Positions 49,485-58,427 of a stretch of DNA of 64,000 bases are shown here, in pieces (position 1 is the stretch's first letter; each line of letters begins with the position of its first letter). The stretch comes from Bdellovibrionales bacterium (GTDB lineage: Bacteria; Bdellovibrionota; Bdellovibrionia; Bdellovibrionales; JAGQZY01), in assembly GCA_964230645.1 (NCBI GenBank), contig CAXRHT010000001.1, forward strand, positions 480,001 through 544,000, in the 5' to 3' direction. Below the pieces are notes generated by a model. The model did not search any database. It worked only from the letters and a program-made list of their open reading frames with translations, and was not told the origin of the DNA. Both the position numbers and the translations under genes were made by a program.

Positions 49485-50396
49485 TTAGTGGACTTTGGCT
49501 TTTCCGGATTCTTTGTAGATGAGGCTGATTTCTTCGTAATCAAAGCCGTAGACAAGGCCGCACATTTCGCAATCGACGTTGAGGATCTCTTTGGACTGAA
49601 GAATCTCTTCGAAGTCTTTGGCGTCTAATAATAGAAGGGAGTTTTTAGCCTTTTCTTTAGAACATGTGCAGGCGTATTCCACATCATGCTGTTTGATTGG
49701 GTTCATTTCAATTTCACCGAGGTGGTTCGCTAAAAGGCCGCGGTGATCCTGGCCGTCTTCAATCAACTGGGATAGGGGGTGGGCCAACTGTTGCTGTCCC
49801 TCAATCATTTTTAAAGTCTCTTCGGTGTGACCGGGCATCAATTCAATCAAAACCCCACCAGCGGCAATGATCTTGCCCTCTTCTCCAATTTTTACACTCA
49901 AAGAAATTAAACAGGGAATCTGCATGGATTGATTTAAGAAATAGGCTATATCCTCACCAATTTCACCACTTTGAATTTCCACCTGACTGATGCGAGGGTG
50001 TTTTTGATGGGGAGTGTAGGTAATCCCTTGCAAAACACCTTCGCCGATCAAAGGCTTTAAGGACAAAGAGTTATTCTCTAAGGAGAGAGGGGCCTCTTTT
50101 TCGCTAATGTAGCCGCGACAGAGGCCATCATACTGAGCATGGGAGAAAATCTTTTTAATGGTTTTCGAGCCACTGACTTGAAAGGAGTGGGCTTGCTCAT
50201 CTTTTAATTGGCTTGCCACAAGAACGGTTCCTATAAGAAGGCGTCCAAGGGCCACCGAAGACGAGGGTGAAGTTTTTTGAAGCACACACACTTCTTCCAC
50301 CAGCTCCGTCATTTTAACCACGGACGCACGTACGGTTTTGTCTTTGGATAAAAAACCGATGAGTTCGCCTTTTTTCTGCACTGGGTGATTTGACAT
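49485..50396 (-). CDS. hslO: Hsp33 redox-regulated chaperone
   Basis: SGEIGEDIAYF..S.QIP, AGGVLIELMP, CTC...CEMC zinc motif. Confidence 0.92.
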   Translation of the reverse strand: MSNHPVQKKGELIGFLSKDKTVRASVVKMTELVEEVCVLQKTSPSSSVALGRLLIGTVLVASQLKDEQAHSFQVSGSKTIKKIFSHAQYDGLCRGYISEKEAPLSLENNSLSLKPLIGEGVLQGITYTPHQKHPRISQVEIQSGEIGEDIAYFLNQSMQIPCLISLSVKIGEEGKIIAAGGVLIELMPGHTEETLKMIEGQQQLAHPLSQLIEDGQDHRGLLANHLGEIEMNPIKQHDVEYACTCSKEKAKNSLLLLDAKDFEEILQSKEILNVDCEMCGLVYGFDYEEISLIYKESGKAKVH

Positions 50397-50570
50397 GGCG
50401 CTAAGCTAACACTCCCCTACAAAAAAGGCTAGCCCCTGTTTGGGCTTTTCGTGGAGAGCGAATAGACTGACAGCTTCCTCATAATCATCCTCGTCGCCGC
50501 CGTCGCCGTCGTCTTTGCATCGCTTCCAAGGGCTTCCCTCCGTCCCCAGAAATTCGTATGATCAACGACT

Positions 50571-51026
50571 ATGGAAGTATTTTTGATGCGACATGGTCGA
50601 AGACCTTACACCCTTGGGGACGTTCCTCTGAACGAGGAAGGCAAAGAGCAGGCGTTGGAACTCACTCAAAACCCAAGCCTACAAAATGTAAAAACCTTAC
50701 TCGCCTCCCCCAAAAAAAGAAGTCAGATGACCCTTGAGCCTTTGGCTAAAGAGCTTGGAGTAAAAATTCAAATCGAGGAAAATCTCGACCAGCATCGCTC
50801 GGGCGAAGACGAGGAGAGTTTTGTTCGAAGGGTGAGAACGGTGATCGATCAAATTTCTGATGGCCACTGGTCCTCCCCGATTCTTTTGTGTTCCCATAGT
50901 GATTGGCTCAGTCTTTCCACTCGCCTCATCCCCACGGATGAGATCGAGCTTGAACACCATATGTTTCAATGTGCGGAATACCTTCACTTTCAAATTGAAG
51001 AAGGACTCTGGAAGCTTAAAAGTTAA
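50571..51026 (+). CDS. Histidine phosphatase family protein
   Basis: RHG, SP..R..T and SH motifs. Confidence 0.9.
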   Translation: MEVFLMRHGRRPYTLGDVPLNEEGKEQALELTQNPSLQNVKTLLASPKKRSQMTLEPLAKELGVKIQIEENLDQHRSGEDEESFVRRVRTVIDQISDGHWSSPILLCSHSDWLSLSTRLIPTDEIELEHHMFQCAEYLHFQIEEGLWKLKS

Positions 51027-51933
51027 AAGAGCTATGAGGAACCCTGGGTTGGAAAACGAGGCGTTTTAAAACAAGGCCCATAACAATACCCACAAAAAAA
51101 CCAAGCAAATGGACCCAGTGAGCAACACTGCTTGAAAGGGCCGCTGGCTGAGCGAGTAGACCCGTAATATCTTCCAACATACAAAAAAGCAGCACCCAAT
51201 AGAGAGTGGGAACGTAAACAAAGCCTGAATGTTTCCTTGTGGGTAAAATTAAATAAAAAAGTCTGGTTTTGTGCTGAAACTCAAAAGCCAGAAGCACTCC
51301 GAGCAAAGCGCACAATGAACCACTGGCTCCCACAAGAGGAGAACCATTGAGCCCGGCCACAAAGGAAAAGAAATAAGCGGCCAGAGAGCCTCCTATGATA
51401 TAGACACTAAAGACCATAAAGCCTGAATAGCGCCTTTCAAGATATCCCCCGATAATCAGAATTAAGAGTACATTTCCCAAAAAGTGCAGAAAACCCTCAT
51501 GATAAAACTGGTAACTAATCGTAGAAAAGAAATCAAAATTCGTCTGACTCACTCCAAAAAGAAAGGGAGGATAATAGGCACGAACCACAAGGAAGCCCTG
51601 AATATCATCCCGCCAAGATTGAATGGCCACTTGATCACCACCCCATTCTTGTTTTGGAGCCTTTGCTAAAAAGTCCTCATCTCTAAAAGCCAAACGACCC
51701 ATCATTTCATTGTCTTGAATTTTTGCTAGACTTCGTTTTTGGTTAAACTGTCGATAGATCTGACCTTGGGTGTATAAAAAGTCTCTGTCCTTGTACCAAG
51801 CCTCAAACTCCTCACTGCACTGAGAAGATAGCGAATAATTTTGAGAAAACATAAAGGCGTTAAGAAGTATAATCAGCCAAGTGATTGGCGCTTTTGAAAA
51901 CTTTAAAAATCCATCGAGAAAAGGGATGATCAT
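51016..51933 (-). CDS. Rhomboid intramembrane serine protease
   Basis: HFLGN, LERR, GASG and AHWVHLLG motifs. Confidence 0.93.
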   Translation of the reverse strand: MIIPFLDGFLKFSKAPITWLIILLNAFMFSQNYSLSSQCSEEFEAWYKDRDFLYTQGQIYRQFNQKRSLAKIQDNEMMGRLAFRDEDFLAKAPKQEWGGDQVAIQSWRDDIQGFLVVRAYYPPFLFGVSQTNFDFFSTISYQFYHEGFLHFLGNVLLILIIGGYLERRYSGFMVFSVYIIGGSLAAYFFSFVAGLNGSPLVGASGSLCALLGVLLAFEFQHKTRLFYLILPTRKHSGFVYVPTLYWVLLFCMLEDITGLLAQPAALSSSVAHWVHLLGFFVGIVMGLVLKRLVFQPRVPHSSFNF

Positions 51934-53267
51934 AGTCGCCCTTTCAATTCCTCATAAATCTCTAAAAGCCGTTCCTGATTTTTAGGTGTTGAAGCCAAAC
52001 CACGTACATGACGGCGTTTTTTCAAATGAGGCCCCAACTTCTCTAAAAATTGCAGATGCTTCTTGATCGTTGAAGGCTTTTGAGATGGCCAGTTTTTATA
52101 AAAAAGTGCCAAAGCCTCAGCGTCTACTTTGGGATGGGTTTGATAAACCCAATAAGCTTGGTCGAATTTTTCTAGATGGAGCAGATTGTGAAACGACATA
52201 CTGGCTTTCAAACGATCAACAGAAGCACGATGCTTCACTTCAGAAAGTAGACGTAAGGCTTTTTCATATTTTTTTTCACTGCTAAAGAACATAGCTAAAC
52301 TCAAATCAACAAGCCGACTTTTTTCTTTATTCACAAGAAAAGCTTGCAGTTCCTCAACAGATTCTCTTTTTCGTGACGGACTTTTTCCTAACCATTGGGC
52401 CAAATGGCAAAGTGAGGACTGTTTTTCAATTTTACAGATTTCATTGAGATACTTTCTAGACTCCACAGGAGAATCCTTAAGGGCGAGCGCCATAGCGAAG
52501 TGGGATAAGCTTTTATCCTCTTCCTTCCATATTTTTTTTCGTGCTAAATCGTAAAGGCACTCGCTCGAAACACCTCTTTCTAGATGAACAATAATTAAAT
52601 CCTCAATGTCTTTTCCGAACTTTTCCTTTACCTGCTCACATTTTTCGTCTCCAAAAACCAGAGACTTAATACTCTCGCCTTTTTCCTCTGTGGCAGAAAA
52701 TAAATTGAGCGTCATGATTAAAAAGACAAAACCAAAAAAACCATTCATAGCGCGTGATAAAAACACTTCATAACGAGATGGAAGCCCTGCGGGACTTTTT
52801 GTACTGATCACTAATGTATCGGCGGATCGGTCGTGAAAAACTCTTCTTAAGGGATGAGAGAACATTGCGGACCAAAGCCAACCAAATGTAAAAAACTCGA
52901 CAATCAACAGAGCACTTCGTTGCAGACACTGTAAAAAGCTCAGGTTACCTTGATAGGAAATGACTTTTAGATGAAAGAACATCTTCCCAAGACTCTGGCC
53001 CTTCCAGTAGGTCATAATACTTTGGTAAAAGAAAAAGATGAAAAGAACCACAAGCACATTCATAAAGCGAAATTGGCTCGCCAAGTTTTCCGAATCTGAA
53101 AGTAAAGCCTCAAGCACTCCTCGTTTAAAGGGGGCCTGGAATAATTGAATGATCGGAAGTAAAATCACACCATCAAGGATAAAGGCCGCGAGGCGATCTT
53201 TGGGTGATGCCAGGCCAATCACTGAGGAAAAGTCTGTTTGTGGTGGAAATGTCCGATCCTTCATCAT
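51930..53267 (-). CDS. RDD family protein with extended C-terminal helical domain
   Basis: RLAAFILD, GQSLGK and HD..ADT motifs; 4-nt overlap with the rhomboid gene. Confidence 0.88.
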   Translation of the reverse strand: MMKDRTFPPQTDFSSVIGLASPKDRLAAFILDGVILLPIIQLFQAPFKRGVLEALLSDSENLASQFRFMNVLVVLFIFFFYQSIMTYWKGQSLGKMFFHLKVISYQGNLSFLQCLQRSALLIVEFFTFGWLWSAMFSHPLRRVFHDRSADTLVISTKSPAGLPSRYEVFLSRAMNGFFGFVFLIMTLNLFSATEEKGESIKSLVFGDEKCEQVKEKFGKDIEDLIIVHLERGVSSECLYDLARKKIWKEEDKSLSHFAMALALKDSPVESRKYLNEICKIEKQSSLCHLAQWLGKSPSRKRESVEELQAFLVNKEKSRLVDLSLAMFFSSEKKYEKALRLLSEVKHRASVDRLKASMSFHNLLHLEKFDQAYWVYQTHPKVDAEALALFYKNWPSQKPSTIKKHLQFLEKLGPHLKKRRHVRGLASTPKNQERLLEIYEELKGRL

Positions 53268-53306
53268 AAAGGCCTATCGGCATTTCCGGGCTTTTAATAA
53301 AAATAA

Positions 53307-53939
53307 TTATTGAACAGTCATCGAAAGAAGGTTTTGGTTTTCATCAAGTAAAACCTGGACTGTGCCAACGGCTTGGCCTTGGCCATCGATCATGCGGAAT
53401 TTCTCGATCATACGATCACTATTATTTTCTACGTGAATGGGCTCAATCTTTTCGGCTTGCTTGGAAAAAAGACCTAAATTTTTTGTTAGGAATTTCTTTC
53501 GCTCTAATAGGGCCTTGGGGCGTCTTTGCTCATCAGCGGTAAATTGTACCTCTGCAATGCGACCATCAATCTTTCTGATCAGGTAATCTCCCTCAAGAGC
53601 TCCAAAAGCAAAATTATCAAAGACTGTGGGCTTTTTACCGACATTGGCCAAGTCGCGCGCTTTTGATTTTTCAAGAACTTCGAAAGCTCTTTTTTCCCAT
53701 GAAACCTTGAAGATAGGATTGATACTGGCAATCGACCTGGAATTTGCAGATGTCGCTTCACCAGCCACTGCTTTTGACTGGGCGGCTTGCTTTTCAGCGA
53801 AGAGGGCACTATTCACCCCGATGGCCATCACTAAGATCACCATCAAACTTCCTGCTAACATCCATTTGGCTTCAGACTGCGTCATGCTAACTTTAGATTT
53901 ACGTTTATTTGGAAATAAAATCAAATTGTCTTTAGACAT
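53307..53939 (-). CDS. Single-TM hypothetical protein
   Basis: ATG 53939 follows GGGGGGA; one TM; RSIAS motif. Confidence 0.75.
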   Translation of the reverse strand: MSKDNLILFPNKRKSKVSMTQSEAKWMLAGSLMVILVMAIGVNSALFAEKQAAQSKAVAGEATSANSRSIASINPIFKVSWEKRAFEVLEKSKARDLANVGKKPTVFDNFAFGALEGDYLIRKIDGRIAEVQFTADEQRRPKALLERKKFLTKNLGLFSKQAEKIEPIHVENNSDRMIEKFRMIDGQGQAVGTVQVLLDENQNLLSMTVQ

Positions 53940-54082
53940 TCGTCCCCCCGGATTCACCCTTTTAGAGTGCAAGACAGCGGCCAGGTCTCCCCTACTTCTT
54001 TTCGATTTGAGCCTCTAAAAACTGCACAAGTGACAAAAAAGGTTTGACGTTTCAATAAGATACGTTTCAAAGTGAGATAGAA

Positions 54083-54568
54083 ATGAAGCTTTATCTTGTT
54101 CGACACGCACCTGCTGAATACCGACACACTTTTGCCCAGACGGGACAACCGGACCATCTTCGCCCCCTGACCGACAAAGGCATTCAGCGTATGAAAGATG
54201 TTCTTAATTTTTTTCAAAGGTCAGAGTCTCACCTCGATGTTGTTTTGCAGAGTCCTTTCACGCGCTGCCAGCAAACCGGTGATATCTTTAAAGAGTATTA
54301 TCCAGAGGCTAACTACATCACCACCGATAATTTGACTCCTGATCATTCCGCAAAAAAACTTTTCGAGGAAATTCAATCTCACAATGTCGATGCTATGGCT
54401 GTCATCGGTCATGAACCCGATATGGGAATGTTTCTAAGTTGGCTTCTTTTTCATCAAGCCACCGATCATTTTCCTTTTAAAAAGTCGGGAATCGCCAAGG
54501 TGGATTTGTATAAAGATGGGCGCTCTTATCTTAAATGGCTGGTTCGCCCTAAGATGGCCCAAATATAA
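54083..54568 (+). CDS. sixA: Phosphohistidine phosphatase SixA-like
   Basis: LYLVRHA, RPLT..G, SPFTRCQQT and GHEP motifs. Confidence 0.85.
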   Translation: MKLYLVRHAPAEYRHTFAQTGQPDHLRPLTDKGIQRMKDVLNFFQRSESHLDVVLQSPFTRCQQTGDIFKEYYPEANYITTDNLTPDHSAKKLFEEIQSHNVDAMAVIGHEPDMGMFLSWLLFHQATDHFPFKKSGIAKVDLYKDGRSYLKWLVRPKMAQI

Positions 54569-54645
54569 AAAAAGTCGGCCCCCTGTATGGCAAGAGGAGA
54601 CCGACTTAAAACTCCTTAAGACTTTCGGCACGTATAAAAGTCCTA
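54567..54645 (-). ncRNA. Candidate small RNA
   Basis: Hairpin, unpaired AAGGAG and a minus-oriented terminator, lying downstream of the Fis-gene terminator. Confidence 0.3.
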
Positions 54646-54735
54646 GTGATTTATCTTATTGAAATGACGCTCAATAAAACTAATAGCACAATCGGTCTCA
54701 AACAAAAAAACTTTATACTTTATTTTTAAAAATGT

Positions 54736-54769
54736 AAAAAAAAAGCCCATCCGGGCGGATGAGCTTTTT
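54736..54769 (-). terminator. Intrinsic terminator of the Fis-type gene
   Basis: Minus strand reads GCTCATCCG-CC-CGGATGGGC-T9. Confidence 0.8.
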
Positions 54770-54789
54770 CAAAGAATATTGATCGTCTA

Positions 54790-55185
54790 TTAAGCGGCTT
54801 TCTTACGACGCGCTAACGCTGGATCAATATTGTAAAGCTTTACTTTACGATAAAGAGTGGCTCGACCAATACCTAAGGCCTTAGCTGCCTCTGTTAAGTT
54901 TCCTCTATAAGCATGAATGGCTTGCTCGATGGCTTGCGCCTCAAGATCATTCATTTTAGAAACTTTAGAAGACTGCGAAGGAAAAGGAACAACGTTACTG
55001 TTGTTACTTGGCAATCCACCGCTGTGATTTAATGGATTGGATCCAGATGCTAAACTTGGGTAAAAACCATTGTTCGCATTAGGATTGCGAACTTCGCATT
55101 CCATCCCACAGCTTGCAGCGAAGTCCTTAGCCTTCTGAACAAGTACTGGATCTTCACTTACTACGATAAACTTAGATTGTGTCAT
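54790..55185 (-). CDS. Stand-alone Fis-type helix-turn-helix protein
   Basis: LEAQAIEQAI...GNLTEAAKALGIGRATLYRK; GGAGG RBS; no AAA+ domain. Confidence 0.9.
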   Translation of the reverse strand: MTQSKFIVVSEDPVLVQKAKDFAASCGMECEVRNPNANNGFYPSLASGSNPLNHSGGLPSNNSNVVPFPSQSSKVSKMNDLEAQAIEQAIHAYRGNLTEAAKALGIGRATLYRKVKLYNIDPALARRKKAA

Positions 55186-55477
55186 ATTGAATACCTCCCA
55201 AACCCTATTTGTGTTTCGTTATGACAAATAAGCCTTATGTCATTTGACTTACAATGAACCTATCGGTGGTTCATCTTGAGAACATGAGGAATTTTTTTCC
55301 CAGATTTTAGTCTAGTTGCGCAAACCCCTAAAACTATTGGATTTTTGCTTTCATAATTTATAATTATAGGTTTTCGGCTAGGTTATTTTTGCCGTTATTC
55401 TCAGAGTGAGACACTTTTTGAGACAGTATTTAGTATCTCTTTGACTCAATCAAAAGCCTTCTTTAAAAGTCTCTATT

Positions 55478-55978
55478 ATGGACACTACAAAAACAAAAAT
55501 TACACTGGCCGGTGGCTGCTTCTGGGGCGTTGAAGAACTTTTTAGAAAAGAGCCCGGAGTCTTAAAAACGGAAGTGGGCTACTCAGGTGGTCAAACTAAT
55601 AACCCGACCTACGAGACTGTAAAGACGGGAGAAACTGGGCATGCCGAGGCCATTGAAGTCACCGTAGATCTCTCTGAAACTTCTTACGAAGAGATTTTTC
55701 GCTTCTTCTTTAGTATCCACGACCCAACCACTTTGAATCGCCAAGGCAACGACCGAGGCAGTCAGTATCGCTCAGCCATTTTTTATAGAAATGAAGAAGA
55801 AAAACAAGCGGCGCAAAAAGTGATCGCTGAAATTAAAGATCAAAATAGGTGGAAGGGTGAGATTGTCACCGAGATTGTGCCTTTTGATGCTTTTTATAGT
55901 GCCGAAGACTTTCACCAGGACTATTTGCAAAAACATCCTGGTGGTTACACTTGTCATTTTCAACGCTATAAACCTTAA
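55478..55978 (+). CDS. msrA: Peptide methionine sulfoxide reductase A
   Basis: GGCFWG, GHAE, RQGND.G.QYRS, HQDY and GYTC motifs. Confidence 0.97.
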   Translation: MDTTKTKITLAGGCFWGVEELFRKEPGVLKTEVGYSGGQTNNPTYETVKTGETGHAEAIEVTVDLSETSYEEIFRFFFSIHDPTTLNRQGNDRGSQYRSAIFYRNEEEKQAAQKVIAEIKDQNRWKGEIVTEIVPFDAFYSAEDFHQDYLQKHPGGYTCHFQRYKP

Positions 55979-56054
55979 CGAGATTGTCTCACTGACTTCA
56001 ATGAGGCGATCCTTTGCGATTAAGCTCCAAAAGATTAAAGCGTTTTATTCTGCC

Positions 56055-57020
56055 TTAAAATTGAGTTTGATAAATCGGAACGTATATAGAGGCTTCTTTC
56101 TTATCACCTTGAGTAAATTGCGCAGTGAATACGATCACATCCCACCAGGTATGAACAAAGATCGCCTCTTTTAAACTCCAACCATTTTTGCGGGCAAGCC
56201 AACCGAAATAATAACCAGCGGCTGTTTGAAAGATCGGAAAGGGATTATCTCTTGAAAGGTGGGCCGCACCGAAAATAGCCGCTTGGGTGAGGTTTGCCCA
56301 GAAAGTATTATTTTCTCCGTAGGCTTCTACAAAAAGGGGAAACATCCAACCTCTAAAAAGAGCTTCCTCCCCTACCCCAGCGTTATAGGAAATTCCCGAG
56401 GCAAAGAGCACATCTCCTGCGTTGAGCTGTCTTGTTTCATAGTTATCATTCGCACCTGCAACAATGCCTAAGCCTAGACCGGCGACAAGAGGAAGAATTG
56501 TGGTCCATCTTCCTAAGTTTGAAAATTCGAAAGGAGCAAGCATCAACTGGTCTGTGGTTTCGCCTTGCTGAGGGAGAAAGGCAAAATCCCCCTTCTTTTG
56601 ACGGGAGATCACGGTCGTTCTAAAGGTGTGGTAAAGACTCAAACTTCCCGCCAAGTCGTAAGTTTTCATTCCCCAGGCAAAGCGGCGAGCCGTGTCGTCA
56701 AAACTATCCAGATCGGCGATCTCATCGCCTTCTTCGGCCTGTTTGTTCCATTCGATCACTGCTGAGGCGGCTGTCCCTAAACCCACAGCGCCGACCGAAG
56801 AATACACAAAGCCCGCCCCTGTCTGTCCATTCATAAACTGACCGATTCCAGGAGCGACATAAGAAAGAAGTGGAAACCAAACGGCTGACCCTCTCTCTTT
56901 TCCGGGTCGCTTCATTTCATTGGAAAAAATAGAGGAGGAGGACTCTTCGTCCTCTTGCGCCCAGCATGGATTCATTAAAAATTGCAACAAGAGACAAGTC
57001 ATCAGTGCTGTTTTTTTCAT
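56055..57020 (-). CDS. CPBP/Abi (CAAX-like) intramembrane metalloprotease
   Basis: EEALFRG, FGAAH and HTWWD motifs; signal peptide. Confidence 0.9.
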   Translation of the reverse strand: MKKTALMTCLLLQFLMNPCWAQEDEESSSSIFSNEMKRPGKERGSAVWFPLLSYVAPGIGQFMNGQTGAGFVYSSVGAVGLGTAASAVIEWNKQAEEGDEIADLDSFDDTARRFAWGMKTYDLAGSLSLYHTFRTTVISRQKKGDFAFLPQQGETTDQLMLAPFEFSNLGRWTTILPLVAGLGLGIVAGANDNYETRQLNAGDVLFASGISYNAGVGEEALFRGWMFPLFVEAYGENNTFWANLTQAAIFGAAHLSRDNPFPIFQTAAGYYFGWLARKNGWSLKEAIFVHTWWDVIVFTAQFTQGDKKEASIYVPIYQTQF

Positions 57021-57029
57021 AACTCTTCC

Positions 57030-58328
57030 TTATGTTGGGTCGGGAGGATTGAGCTGCCCTTCGGAGCCTGCCACCACGGTGGCGACGACGGCATCTCCGG
57101 TAACATTTGTGACGGTTCTAACCATATCAAGAATTCGGTCCACACCCAGAATCAATGCAATACCAGAGCTTGGAACACCTATTGACTCGAGAATGACGAC
57201 CAACATGATAATGCCCGCACCGGGAACCGAGGCGGTACCGATGGAAGCGAGAACGGCTGTTAGAATAATTGTTAATTGCTGGGTAAAGTTTAAATCAATC
57301 CCCATAGCTTGTGAGATAAAGATAGCGGCGACAGCTTGATAGAGACCCGTGCCGTCCATATTAATTGTGGCCCCCAGTGGAAGCACAAATGAAGCCACTT
57401 CTTCTGAAACACCTAGCTCTTCTTCACATCTCTCCATTGTAAGCGGAAGTGTCGCTCCACTAGAACTTGTGGAAAAAGCTAATAGCTGAACAGGAGCCAT
57501 TCCCTTAAAAAAGGTATAAAGGGGCATATTTGTGAAAAGCTTTAAAACGAGCGGAAGAAAAATCAAAGAGTGAATCCCTAAACCCAATATCACAGCAAAA
57601 CAATAAAGCCCTAGAGCTCCAAGAAGTTCTAAAATCTGATCAAAACCCTGGCCAGCAAATGCGGTAACCGTTTTAGCAAGGAGAGCAAAAACTCCAAGGG
57701 GCGCCATTAACATAATAAGGTCGACCATATTGATGATAACATCATTGGCACTGTCAAAAAAATCGAGCATCGGTTTTGCTTTTTTACTTTCTACCTGGAT
57801 CAAACCGATTCCGAAAAGAATGGCGAAAAAAACAATTTGAAGCATGGCTCGATTATCTGTGGAAGCATCAAAGATATTTTCTGGCACCATATCTACAATA
57901 GGCTGTAGGGGGCCTTTTTGCTTTTCCCCTTGAACTCGGACAGAGGTCTCGGTCACATCACTTTCATAGAGAGCTTGAAGTTGATCGCGCATCTCCTCTG
58001 GAACGGAAAGTCCCGGATTGATTACATTGGCTATCAGAACACCCGTGGTTAAGGCGAAAACCGTTGTTACCATGTAGAGACCAATTGTCTTGCCGCCTAT
58101 TCGAGACAACTTCTGCAAGTCAGAGAGCGAAGCAACCCCAGCAATAAGAGAGGCCAATACTAAAGGCACAGCAATTAACTTTAGAAGGCGAACGAAAATT
58201 GTTCCCCAAGGATTAATCCAATTATTAGTGAAGTCCACCAAACCGACTTGAATGGCAATCACTCCATAAATCAGCCCAAGGATCAAGGCGACCAGAATTT
58301 GCACGTGCAACGGGATTTTTTTAAACAT
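57030..58328 (-). CDS. Dicarboxylate/amino acid:cation symporter (GltP-like)
   Basis: FSTSSS, GATINMDG and DRILDMVRT..NV.GD motifs. Confidence 0.96.
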   Translation of the reverse strand: MFKKIPLHVQILVALILGLIYGVIAIQVGLVDFTNNWINPWGTIFVRLLKLIAVPLVLASLIAGVASLSDLQKLSRIGGKTIGLYMVTTVFALTTGVLIANVINPGLSVPEEMRDQLQALYESDVTETSVRVQGEKQKGPLQPIVDMVPENIFDASTDNRAMLQIVFFAILFGIGLIQVESKKAKPMLDFFDSANDVIINMVDLIMLMAPLGVFALLAKTVTAFAGQGFDQILELLGALGLYCFAVILGLGIHSLIFLPLVLKLFTNMPLYTFFKGMAPVQLLAFSTSSSGATLPLTMERCEEELGVSEEVASFVLPLGATINMDGTGLYQAVAAIFISQAMGIDLNFTQQLTIILTAVLASIGTASVPGAGIIMLVVILESIGVPSSGIALILGVDRILDMVRTVTNVTGDAVVATVVAGSEGQLNPPDPT

Positions 58329-58427
58329 GATGAGTCACTCCGATAGAATTTCACTATGGCAAAAAGTCGCTTTGCCTTCATTAAAATTAAGAATTTATGT
58401 GAAACGCGTCACGAATTCACAGTCCTA

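Noticed and set aside
58340..58346. CCGATAG sigma28-like box
   Set aside because: It is on the plus strand with no plus-strand gene downstream, which shows the hexamer also occurs by chance.
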